The position numbers were made by a program, and so were the translations under genes. A stretch of 64,000 nucleotides of DNA from Adineta vaga (Eukaryota; Animalia; Rotifera). Below, piece after piece: positions 1 through 13,200 of this stretch (positions are counted from its first letter, which is position 1; each line of letters starts with the position of its first letter). Where the stretch lies: contig CP075492.1 of assembly GCA_021613535.1 (NCBI GenBank), positions 11,656,001-11,720,000 of the forward strand, written 5' to 3'. The notes beneath the pieces were generated by a model. That model did not search any database and had not been told where the DNA came from. It worked only from the letters and a program-made list of their open reading frames with translations.

Positions 1-997
1 GAGAAGTTTCATCTTATCCACTAAAAAGTGCGCACTCAAATATTTACAGCATTTTTTATTGTCAAAAGATAATACGTATATAACCATATAATCAATCTAT
101 TCAATAGTAACTATTGATAATTCTTATTTTCTACGAATCTAGAAATGATTTTTATGTTCAATTTGTCAATATCATATGAATAAACAAATCCGCATGTTTT
201 CTTTTCATCGAATAGTATAATTAGAAAAGATTTGATTATCTTATACAAAAACTAATAAGAATGTAAGATTGTTTTCCGTCTGAAAAAAGAAAGCATAACT
301 ATTCTCTGAAATGGCACATTTTTTACGCGTCGAAACAACGCCATGTTGTTTTCCATTTGCTTCATCTATGTTTTTGTGCTTTGCATCATTTACCATACTT
401 TAGATAAATATATCAGACAGATAACAATAAAAAATAAAGACCGATAATCATTCACCTTCATCCATATCATATTAACGAATCAAAATCCATGTATTCCTAT
501 TATCAATTTACAATCACCTGATTTTAATCAATTTTGACAAAATAAGAAGAAGAAGAAAGAAATCATGTTGACATATGCATTCGGTAATTATTCCCTAGTA
601 AATCAGTTTCTACAAATCATCAATAAGAGAAGAATTCCGTCTGTTTTTCGATACTTTCTTTTCTCTATTTACAATGTTATTTTGATTAAATACAATGCAT
701 ATATAATTAAACAATGAATGATTCATAAAAAACGTATACATGAGGAAAATAGAAAACATATATGTGTAGGTAACACCATCAACGCGTTTTACAACCTATG
801 TATTCTTTTTTACAAACATGTGCTTATAATACTTGTTATTGTCGATAAGCTCGTCTCAGTATTTCTTACAGCAACAAATCGATTTTTTTTTACGTTGTTT
901 GTTCTTCAGGTATTTACATATATTTCTTATTAGAATATTTATGAAATTATTTTCTTTTTGTAGAAGAATTAAAAGATTTTATTCAAAATATTAAACC

Positions 998-2653
998 ATG
1001 CTTTCGACGGAAAAAGATATTTATCGACTTGTGCCTTATCGATTTTTTTTCAATGAAATTAGTGCCGACAAATGTAAATTAGAGAAATTAACTAATCTTT
1101 TTCCAGAAATGAAAGCAATTATTGAATTAGGTAGATCGATTCACACATAGATTTTGGTTTATATTTTTTTTTCTATAGAATCATTTAAATTTAATAATTT
1201 AAATCGAATGATTGAACGACTTTCACAAATCTATTCCGTTTCAACCGTTATAGATAAACGGGATGATACTTGTCATGTTTTTCTTGGTCCCTATCATCTT
1301 TCGCTTGGACCAGCAATTTTTAGTGCGATTCATTTCAAGAATATATCAATTGCATTATTATCAAGTTCACATATCGACACAACGAATGATCATACAAATC
1401 AACATAAAAATCGAAGACATGAAGCTATTCTTCGACGTTTTCGACGTGCTGTACGAAAATTGATTTTAATTAAATCAATTATTGATAAACTTCGATTAGC
1501 ATCAATATTAACGCCATATAATCAATATGAATTATATACTCGAGGAATATATGATCTTGTTCTAGCTGGACATTTACATAATGGTAATTCAAACTTAACT
1601 GATGATAGTTTTATTCAACAAGTTAATGAGTTTCGTTCGATGGATAAATCCGAAAGAGAAACATTAGTTGCCTCGAAATATATGAAAATAAGTGCTTTAC
1701 TTCATTTAATTTCACCAACACCAAGTTTACATCAAGCAGATAATAATAGAACGATCGGAAACGAACATCAACCTCTATCTGATACATCTAATTCTTATCT
1801 AATGAATGAAAATCAATCTGAATCGTTAACTGAACCTATGTGTTGTCCGCAACATTGTCAAGAAGAATCTTTGATCAGATTTCCAGTTCGTCGATCAATA
1901 AGTCATCAATCGTCTCAATTCGTTGCCACTGAATCACGTTCAAGATTGAATACGAATCCTAGTACACGTAGAAAATCATCAGTAGTGCTTGGAAAAAACA
2001 CGGTCAGTTATTAAACATACCGATATTGAAAACGAATTCTCTTCACTTTTCTTTATATTCAACAGACAGCTAGTCTCCCTGATTTAACTACCGATATCCC
2101 TTCATCTTCACTCATACCACCTCCATTTGATCTTAGTGATTCGGAACCAAAAAAGTCTTCGATCATTCCATCTAGCACTAATCCGGAAGATGCACTTATC
2201 AACAATATTTCAACTCTTTTAACCAACTACTTATCATCACGACAATCAACAACTAGCTCAGAATCATCTACCGCAAACGATACTGATGAATTTGATAAAC
2301 TATTAGTAACTATCAAAACACTTGTCGATGATAAATTAGCATTGAAAACTTCCAACAATTCGTCTGTTGCTGATCAAAATCTATATTCGAAACCGACAAG
2401 AACATCAACACGAAATCGTTCTAGAAAACTCTTAACCCATCATAGAACATCGTTACAACAAACATCACTTGATGATTTTGATGAAGAACAATCATCAATC
2501 AAAAATAAACTAGACATTTCATCTAAATTACAATCTTACAATGAGATCGGTTTAGGTGAATTACAAAAATGAATTTCATCTGCATTGTTTCAACATTCAT
2601 TAGAATTATCTTACATAAAAACGAATCTAAATGATGATGCAGCAATATCTTGA
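998..2653 (+). CDS. Uncharacterised protein, about 4 coding exons (998-1130, 1179-2002, 2066-2549, 2604-2653), Ser/Thr-rich C-terminal half
   Basis: ATG at 998 (MLSTEKDIYRLVPYRFFF...). Phase-compatible GT-AG introns join it to ORFs 1154-2014 and 2342-2572. No family recognised. Confidence 0.65.
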
Positions 2654-3532
2654 TCGGATTGGTTCATTTCATATTACTTTTTCTAATAATATATCTATCC
2701 TTGATGTATATACTAATATTTAGTAATCATTGAAATCTATGTGCATCGTATAGTTTAAAATAGATATCTCTATACTAACCATAACATGAATACAAACAGA
2801 AAAGAAAGCATCTAAATATTCTTAGGTAAGACCATTGGATTTTTATCTATGAGAATTTCTTGAGAATATATCGTTTCAAGAGAATGTTTGAATAATTTAA
2901 TTTCCACCTCGGTAATTTTTTTCATTAAAATTTTTTGCTTCACACTTCAAACCAACGAACATCATTTACATCCATAAATAGCTCTTGAAAAAGCGTCAAT
3001 ACAGAAGAAGAAAAAAACCAATCTATCGTTCTCATTACAAACTATATAAGGAAAAAGTACGTATACAGTATGTATGTTCGTCATTGCGCTTCCGTGTAAA
3101 AAATAGAATGTCGGCGAGTACAAAATTTTTTGTTTGTATACTTTTCTCTTCTTCTGTATTCCATAAGAACCAATAATTATTATTCTTCTCATCGACTACT
3201 ACTATACATAGGTCATCTATATACGAGCGGAGAAGAAAAAAGAGAAGAAGAAGAAGAAAGCGTACATTGGATCATGACTCGGCAAGTAAAGATGAGCTTT
3301 CTTTTTAACTCATTCAATGCGTACATACTTAAATCAATGTAAGGCTAGATGAATTGCTTGCAGTATGTTTGACTAGGCAAAAAAAGAAAGAAAAAAAAGC
3401 GAAGAACGAAATAAGAGCACGAGATGCATGCATATATTGACTCAGCGATTCATTCATTTTTTTTTCGAGATAAATTAACGAAGTGACTGTTATAGGCAAT
3501 CAGTTTTTTATAGATAAAAATCGAAATTCGCT

Positions 3533-4145
3533 ATGGCTTTCAATAAAAAGCAACAAATTCGTGGTATACGAATACTTTTAACTGTTTTCTATGGATTTCT
3601 TCTCTCAAGTACATTATTTCGTTATGTTATTCATGGAACTGTTGAAACTATTCGACGACCAACAAATCCATATGCAATTACAATGATTGTTATCGGAGGT
3701 TTAATTCTCATCTCAATTTTTCTTGCTACTTATGCAACATGGTAGGTCCTAATAATCAATGTTTTATTTCGATCAAATAGATTTATTTTCATTTAGGTTT
3801 GATAATACCGCAATCTTATTAGTTTCGGGAGTAGTTCTTATCTGTGTATTTGTTTTAACATTAGTCTTCGGTATTATACGTATTGTTAAAACCGCACCAA
3901 ATCGCGTAACAACATCAACAAAAGCACCTGCAGTTCTAATCAATTCAGTTGAACCTGATGATATCCTTACATCGACATTAGCAAATGAATTTGCCACTAA
4001 TTCGGATAGTTATGCTTTGGCAGAAGATATAACAAAATTAATCATTGAATTAGTTTTTACACTTTTTGCAATTTTAGCAACATTTGCATTATTTCGTTAT
4101 GTTAAAGCGAAATACGCTGCTGTTCCAACACGTGACACATCGTAA
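3533..4145 (+). CDS. Small four-transmembrane protein (tetraspanin-like topology), 2 exons, intron 3742-3796
   Basis: ORFs 3533-3745 and 3759-4145 are joined in frame by a 55-nt GT-AG intron. Four hydrophobic segments with a longer loop between TM3 and TM4. No CCG tetraspanin motif. Confidence 0.7.
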
Positions 4146-4510
4146 AGGTCAAAAGAACAATTGACGATTTCATGAACCTTGTTCTATTGCCTATAAATAT
4201 ATATATACATGAATACAATTTGACAATAGATCTTGTAAGAGTAAAATCTTTGCTTAGTTTTTGATATTATTCATTAGAAATAGATATCAAAGAAGAGAGA
4301 GTTCTTTTTGTTCTGTTATGATATGCAATGAATGTAGAATCAATGATCATTGATTATCATTTGTTTATGTTTCTACGTTCTTTATGTAGTGTTAGTATAA
4401 ATATTATTAATTTTTTCGTTTTAAAGATATGCATACATAGAAGTAAAGAAAAATGAAGAATTTCGAACGGAAAGTCAACGAAATATACAAAGATAAGTAA
4501 AGCTTTTTAT

Positions 4511-7265
4511 TTAATTTCTTCGATTTTTAATATCAGCATTTGCTACTTGAAAATGTAAATCTTTTGCTGAATTAATAATAACATGATCCATTCTTTGATG
4601 GATACGTTCAGTTATTTGAATACATTTCATTTGTTGCATTCGTTTGTCTTTATTTACCATTAGTTGACTTATACGTTTATTCAAACGAATATGTTCAAGA
4701 TTATTTGTAAAAGAATGTATTAAATTAGACCACAATGGTATTGTTGGAAGATAATCTTTAAGTAAAATATGTAACCATCTCCAATTACCTTTGATTTTTT
4801 TCAATGTACTTCGGTCAGATGTTGTTAATGTCTTCCATATTTCTCTCAATGCTGTTTTCGATTTATTATTTTCATTAAATATTCGTCGAAGATCATTTTC
4901 ATATGGAGAAACATAACTATTCATTTCATTGGTAATCATCTGGAAAAATTAGAGAATATAAAAGTCTATTTTGATGAACTTCTTCGAAAAATTCAACTTA
5001 CATTCTTTGTATAAAAATGATCATTTTGAAAATCTGACAGATCAATAAAACTTTCAGATGTTTCATCTAAATCTTCTTCATCATCATCATCATTTTCTTC
5101 TTCTTGTTGATTATCATTTGTATTATTATAGATCACATCCATCAAATGTATTATATCTGGATCATTTTCAATTGTTGATACTTTTCCACATAAATCCTCA
5201 TAGGCTTTTAATGAGACAAAATTCGTTCCCCAATTTAAAAATATTTCACATATTAACGACCAATTTTGTTTGATTTCACGCCATGTTGACGTATGTAATA
5301 AAAGAAGACTTGACCATAGTGCCAATTGACGAAGTTCAGTTGAAACGTATTTATTTACATATGTACGAAAATTGAATAGAATCGTTGTTGAACTAACATA
5401 TAAGACAATTCGATCAATCGGTTCTTGTAATGATGAATATTCAATTTTAGAAGTAACCAATAGATAAGTTCGCATAATATACTAAACAATAAAGAAGTTT
5501 TAAGCGATTTTCTCTAGAAATTCCTACCTCTTTAAATGTTTCATTATTAAAAAATTGTAAAATAGAATTATTCAATGGTGTCTCATGATAATCATCGACT
5601 AGTACGACTAATGGTACAGGTAAACGATATGTGTTTGATAAGGATGGTAAAGATGATTTATATAAATATTCATGATCAAAACGAAAGCGTTCTAACCAAG
5701 ATTTGATAGAATAATTTTGAGCAATGATATCATCATTATCTTCAGTGTAAGTAAGAGTAATTGGAATAAATGATGTATCATCAAGGTTACTAATCATAAA
5801 TTCGTGATAGAAATAGTTTTTTTCATCATGCTGATAAAAACAAGAAATGATTTGTAATACGAATAAATTCATGAAATAAATTACCTTAATACTATCAGAA
5901 ATTACGTAAGCGATATGATGTCGTGGAGAATTGAAAGTTATCGAAGAGTTGCTATGAACAGGATTACAAGCAATGTCCGTATTGAGAGGAAATACTATAA
6001 AATAACAAATGATATAGAAACTCTAATACTATGTATCAATACATTCAAATGTTTCTCTCTACAGTTTCTTGTTTCATATCGAAATTCGATCTAATACTTA
6101 CTTTGACTAGTTGTATCATTACTATTATTTTGTTGAACCATTATCGGTGGTTTATCACGTGATTCTTTCGTAAAAACAGAATGATAATAACGTATGGAAT
6201 TTTCTGTATGAATAGCAGTATAAAATGGTTTAAGTGAAACATGTTGTAAAGCACCTGGTAGTAAACAAGTGGGATCGATATCTTGCTTTAAACTTAATGT
6301 TAATTGTATTAGATTACAACATAAAAAAATAAAACGTTTTTCTGATGTCATTTCAGATGGATTTTCAAAATCATTGACAGTAAAAGCAAATTCATTAGTA
6401 TTGAAATTTGTTGTAGTTGATTTGGTACATTGTTCATTCCATTCGTGTATAGCTGAACTGGGTAATGAACAATAACGTTTTGTTCCAGTATTTGAAAGTC
6501 TTCTATTTGATTTCAATTTCGTTTTATCTGATAAACGATTTGGACGTGCGACACGTTTAGCATTTCGATGATCAACAACATTTCCTTCAGCAAAACGTGA
6601 ACATAATAAACCTCTTCCATTGTCTTTTATTGTAATAATACAATTAAATGGACAATCATGTCCTTGACAATAGAAATATGCTCGTAATAGATAACCTCTC
6701 ATCGTATCTAAACGTCGACCGTAATTTTTACTGGACGCACATATACCACAATGAGGATTATACTTTTTAATGAACGGTAAAACGATTGATAACCATTTCA
6801 TATCACGATGTTGAATAGACTTAGCAGTAGTATTTGTTGAGAAATATTCATCATTATTGTCAACTAATGTAGATAGATTTAGTTTTGATAATTTTCGTTC
6901 ATTTTCTTTTTCATAACATATACGTCGCATTTCCAATAGACGTTCAATGCTTCTTGTTCGAGAAAAAATTCAACTAGGAAAAAAAGAAAGTTCATAATTC
7001 ATTTTCAGTATAAACTAGTTGATTATATCATAATAATATGTCAGATTTAGAAATGCTTTAAATATTCAACAAATGTAAAGAACAGTTTTATCAGCTCAAC
7101 AATTCGTTCCATGACGAACAAAATGCACTTACATGTAGGTGGTAAAATAACTCGTATTGGTTTTGGTATTTGACTACCAAGTTTACGTTTTGTACTTGGT
7201 CGTATAGTTGAAGTTGATGATGTTGAATAATCTGTCTCTACTTCAACTTCACCATCGACATCCAT
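4511..7265 (-). CDS. Mutator (MULE)/NOF-FB-like transposase-derived protein, intron-containing, catalytic motifs degenerate
   Basis: Six exons (about 7265-7133, 6973-6102, 5994-5886, 5831-5528, 5481-5002, 4939-4511). N-terminal AYFYCQGHDCPFN...H Zn-finger-like region. MULE-type blocks GALQHVSLKPF..HTENSIRYY, SIKSWLERF, VVLVDDY, FNNETFKEYIMRTY, YLPTIPLWSNLI. Family assignment is by motif recall. Confidence 0.6.
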
Positions 7266-7857
7266 CTGAAATATTGATATATGGATTTTCTCATGTCTCT
7301 ATCTTTTGTGTTATCTTGTCATTGAATAATTCAGAAGATCTCTTGTTTCTGTAAACTAAACAAATTTATTTTATGTTTAGACATACATATATCTATATAT
7401 GTATTTCTATAGACATCAAAAAGCCAATGACTGCAATACACAGAGTTAAACCAAAAAAGAAAACAAAACAAACGGTCGTAGTATGTCAATCGAAAACGAA
7501 CTATACTGAAATAGGAGAGAGAGAGAGAAAGAAAAAGACCAAACAATAATGAGAAGAACATACACACAGAGTTATATATATATATATGTCAATAATTCTT
7601 TTTTTTTTCAAATAATCTGCAATCTATCTACACATAGATATATAGAGAGAGAAAGGAATATATAAAACAAAACTAAATAAATGAACAAATAGCCACACAT
7701 ATAAACGCGCGCAGATGAATTTTTTCCTTTTTCATATCGTAATGAAAATAAAGAGACGGAACAACAGAAAAGAAAATTTTGAATTAATATGGTATATGTA
7801 TATATGTATAGAGATAATGTGCAAAGTGTATATTTTTGAAAAAAATTATATATTTCT

Positions 7858-9064
7858 TCAAATTTGTTGTTGAATCATTCTTTTTAAATCTAAAGAAAAA
7901 GATATAATATGAGAATAGATGAAAAGAAAGTTATTCGAAAGAAAAACATACGAGCAAATTGAACAGAACATGCATGTAAACTATCACGAGCTAAATCGAG
8001 TTGTTTTTGTAAAAGAATTGAAGTCGTTTGTAAATGTTGATTAAGAAAATTCATTTCATTGCCCATCATTTGTAGTACTTTAGAAAGCTAGAAAGAAATC
8101 AAATTGTAATAATCTATTTAATAAAATTTATCTTCTTTTCATTTGAACTTACATCATCGGAACTTTCTTCCATATGTTGTATAGCGATATTCTGCTGTGG
8201 AAAAATCCCAGATGCTGCTGTTTTAATAATTGTTTGTGGTTGTAATTGCGGTTGTTGCTGTTGCTGTTGTTGTTGTTGTTGTTTATTTCGATTTTTTTTA
8301 TTGGATTTACCCGATGATGAATGTGCTGCTTGAGATGATTTCGTTCCATCAATAAGATCAATTCGAGCTTTTTTATTTGGTGATAATGGTCCATTCATTG
8401 TTTGTCCTGTATGATCTTCTCCAGGACGTAGTCGTTTATTTGATGTTGGCGATGAAAAATGTGCAATTGGATTAGTTATTTGATGATTGAGTAGAATATT
8501 TTCTGGTAATGTAACAGCAAATTGTTGATTTGAATCATGTTCTTGTTTAAAAAGAAGATTTTCAATTTCATTATTTGTATTTGTATGTGCCGTTGGTAAA
8601 CCATTGACAAGAACAGTGGATGATGTTTGACGATTATTTGTTGTCGTTCCTCCCGATGAATTATTAACAGATTCGGTCATTCGACGTTTTTCTAAACGTG
8701 CCATTCGAAGTAATGGTTTACGATCCACAGGTGATGCTATTCGATGAGTTTTACGTAGATGATCACTTAAATTAACTACCCATGTATCACAATTCGGACA
8801 TCGTAGCCGTGTTTCATAATCATTTGGATGTGTTTGATGATTATTTTGTACTTCATCATTCGAAGATGATCGCTGTTGATGTTGCTGTTGTTGTTGATTT
8901 GATGGATTCAATTGAGATTGAGATGATGATGTTGCGATCGATTGTTGTTGTAATGTTGATGGATCATCAAGTTGATTATTATTATTTGGTTGAAAGGTAA
9001 ATGTTGTTGGTAATGATGTTGCTAATGGCACATCAGGTAGAAGAGATTGTGAAAAATGAACCAT
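7858..9064 (-). CDS. Gln-rich protein with a single C2H2-type zinc finger and C-terminal coiled coil, 3 coding exons
   Basis: CPNCDTWVVNLSDHLRKTH motif, polyQ tracts and basic NLS-like segments. Spliced continuation LSKVLQMMGNEMNFLNQHLQ...LKRMIQQQI* ends at 7858. Confidence 0.7.
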
Positions 9065-10229
9065 TCGTTTTTTTTATCCTTCTTTTTAATTATCCATAAA
9101 AATAATCTGAATTTAGATGAGAAAAATAATTATTAGGAAAGAAGACAACTTTCTTTTTCTTAGAATTTTTAAAAATTTATAACAATGAATTCCATCAGAC
9201 TCATTACATCAGATGTGAATCATGACAAAAATATGTTCAACATCAAGGTTAAATTTTCCATCATCGGAATATCATTGTAAAATTTGAATGAAGAAAAAAA
9301 AAATGACCTTGGAAATGAGTATAATATCTTTTCTTTTCTTTTTCTTTCGATTTTAATTTCAACTAGAACTGTATATGTATCTTCGACTGATATATTCAGA
9401 TGAATGAATGGCTATTAACTTTAGAAAAGTCATTGATATTTAACAACAAACAACAACAGAGAAGCAAGAAGTTTTATCAGCCATGAACAGAATTGCCTTC
9501 ATTTTGAAGAGTCTCTTTTTTTAAAAGAAATTAATTTTTTTTATAGATTTATATTTAATGAAAATATTTTTTTTTTTAAATTAAAAGAAAAGGAAAAAAA
9601 AAGTTTAATATTTTCGAAATAGTATGTAGAAATATAGATGTCGCTAAGTAATGATTACATATCACATAAGGAAGATGTACAGGTACAAGAAAGTAGAGTT
9701 AAGTTCAATCGACTTACTTAAATGGTGTAAATTGTATTCATGATGAACGTTTTGAATTCATCAGAAATAGAACGATGTTTAGGAATTCAAAATTGGTATC
9801 TATTCGAAATGAAATACTATAAAAATCTGAACTCTCTTCTTTCAGGCATCACCATGTGAATGTCGCAGACCATGACCAAACTGATCAATATACAATATCA
9901 GATAACTTTTTTGACGTTTCTCTCTCTCTCTTCCTTCATCACACATATACACCTCGTAACGCTCGCTTTACAGACCATGACAAACGTCGTTTCTAAATAT
10001 GAAATTTATCATATTCATGTAGAAATTGTTCAAAGAGATATCGATGAGTTTGTAGTTCTTTTATATTTATTTACACACAAATATATTGGAAAAAAGTCCA
10101 TTAATTCCGTTTTCTCTTGTATATAGATCAGAAAAAAAGAAGGACGAATTAACATGAAAAAAGAAAAGATGATACAAAAAATCGTTAGAAAAAAAACGAA
10201 AAAGAAACTAGAACTGAAATATAGCTCGT

Positions 10230-13200
10230 TCAATTGAAATAGAAACCTCGTTCTTTACATGCTGTCATTAAACGAAGTTTAAGTATTTCTTCACTCGTAT
10301 AATCAGGTAATTTCAAATAATGATAACAAGTATTGACAGATGGATAGGAATTATCATCAGCTTCAACTTTGCGTGCAACAGATAAACGTGGACGAAGATT
10401 AGCCAAACCTAAAATATTGTCATTAGAAAGAAAAATGAATGTCTATTCTAACATAAGAGAGAAATACAAACCTCCTGGTGGTAATGACGAACAACCGGTA
10501 ATAAATTGAACAACAGATTTGCGTTCGAATCCATCAAGTCCTAACATTACATTGAGAAATTTCGTAAAACCCGGGCTAAACAAGGAAAAAATCATATATT
10601 CATTGTCATTTTTCTATATATGCATCGATGGCACAAACCTTTCTCTTGTAAAACCATGACTAGGTTCAATATAAGTCAATAGATCATCTAATGTCCATGA
10701 TGGCCATTGATTACCACAAAGAACTAATTGCAATTCTTGTGGATTGAAACACTGCAAATGTTCCAAAGAAAATACTTGATTGAATCCACCTGAAAAAATA
10801 TATTTTATATATAGAGAAAATAAAATGAACGAAGTCAATAACATACTTCGAAATGCATTCATTTGACGATGAATACCATCACGAAAAATAAATTGTAATG
10901 AAAGATTGATGTATTGATGAAGATTATCAATTGTAACATCCTGATAAAAGAATCGAGATTTTTTCAAAACTTTGTAAGAGAAGATCGAAAGTTATCATCT
11001 TACAGTATGTGCTCCATTTGGAATTAATTCCATAAATTGATATCCATATGTATTCGATGGTGGTGAATAAACAAATGTTAAACTAAAACAAAGTTAAGCA
11101 TAAGAAATGTTTATTTTCAAATCGAAAAGAACAAACCATAAATGTTCAATATCCACTGGTTCATGACTATCATTTTCAATTTTTAATGATTTACATTGAT
11201 TGATTCTTTCTTCCATTGTTTGATTTTCGTCATTCATAATTTGATTTCGTTTTTCAACTAGTTCTACTAATTGTTTAAAGAATTTTCCACGTGATGGTTC
11301 AATTAAAATCAAATCATTTAAATCTAATATTCCATCATACCATATACCATCGACTTTCGATTTCATACATAATAAATTAAAGAATGAAATCGATATTGGC
11401 ATATCAATAAGATATTTATCCAATAAACATTTGGCAAAATAAATACCCATTAAAGAGAAATAATTACAAATCTCATCAAGTTTCGAATAATCCTGAGGAT
11501 ATGGCACAGGAAATAGACCTTCTAATTTTCTAACATAATCAGTTTGATGTGAATCATGATCATCATGATTCCACCAGAGACCTAATTGATATTTTTGTAA
11601 TTCATTTGCAATTAATGCATAAAATTCTAATGTTGGCCCATCGCCAGTACCTTCTTCATTGAGAAATTGAATTTCTAATTTCGATTTCGATTTTGCATGA
11701 TAATGAAATAGATTTATTGCATCACGTAAGATATTTTCTCGATCAATACCAACAGTTCGATCAATTTTCAAACGACCAAAACGAAAATCATGAAGTGAAT
11801 TTTCATTTAATACACGTGAACGTAAATGTGTATTATTTCGAACAGTTCGAATCAATTCTTCACGTCGTTCTTGTAACCATACAATTGAACGTGATGTTCC
11901 GAAACTTGTTGTACGAAAATATAATTGACGAGTTTCAAATGGATAAAGAAATTTATATGAATGTGTTAACCATGATGTCCATGATGGTAAACTTAACGAA
12001 GCGATAAGAATAGAATCTTGGATTTGTTGTAATAGTTTATTATTCAATTTCTTCGAATGAAAATAGTTATCGAAAGAAATCATTTCATCATGATGAGAAT
12101 GTGTTTGAAGATGATTGGTTGAGAGATAATATAATTGACTAAGAAGTTGAAGAATATCTTCAATGGTACAAATATCATTTGAAGAATCAGAAAGATTGAA
12201 ATTATTGATTGAAGGACTCTAGAATAGATTAAAGGAATTGATGAAAATCGAGAAGAAAAAGTTTTCTTACCTTCGATTTTGAAGGTTCAGAAGATTTTTC
12301 TGTATAGATGATTCTAAATATATAAAAAATACATATAGAATAATAATACATTTGAAAGTATTTTATACTTACGTATATGTTGGTTCGAATATTCGTTTAA
12401 TACGATCATATCTTTGTGATGATGGAAATGGTTCGATTAATTGTTGAACGTATTTAAATATAGTTGCGTCGGAATCATCCATTTCAATTTCGATTTCTCT
12501 CAACTAAAATCATGAATTTGTTTTTAAGAAATATAAAATTAGATGCAAAATACGAACTCCTGCGACATGTGGTGATGGTCCACGAATGAAAAGAGCCATA
12601 TTAGCAGCAGCAACGGTATCTGTATTTGATATACGTTTGGTTGATATTGCTAAATGAGAGAAAATAATTTCTAATGAAATTTTGATGATGAAATTACCTT
12701 CTTTTGGTGACATTGATGTTGGAACAGGTATATCTTGTGTTGCATTGATATTTGTTCTACCTGGTCGACCATCAAATGCCGGAAGTAAAACTAAAGAAGT
12801 AAGCAGATTTAGAAGAGAGTTTCGTAAAAATGTTTACCAGAAAATTGTCTTTTTAATACGAAATTTTCATCCCAATTTCGATGAGTGATTTCTTGTTGTT
12901 GTCCATGTAATTTTTCTTGTAAATCATCATCGTATTCTTCTTCCTACAATGAAATTTTTCAATAATGTTCGTTTCATTTCAAAGTTTCTTTCTTTTTACT
13001 TCATCTTGTTGTTCTTCATCTTCATCTTCATCGCCTTCAACTGGTGCTTCAATTTGTTCAGTCGTTGTTTTTAATCGTTTTAATGATGTATACTCATCAT
13101 CTTCGTCATCCGTTGTTGTTTCATCCGTTTGTTTCTGTTGTTGATCGGATGTATTAGTTAATTCTTCAATTGGATTCATTTCATCATCAATAATTGGAAT

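Noticed and set aside
6968-6973. In-frame TGA upstream of the long ORF as selenocysteine or readthrough
   Set aside because: Exon 1 phase does not place this TGA in frame and no SECIS-like element was seen. A 1-nt indel is the simpler explanation.
4150-7800. Intact mobile MULE element
   Set aside because: No terminal inverted repeats or target-site duplication are visible, the catalytic motifs are degenerate, and the gene has host-type introns.
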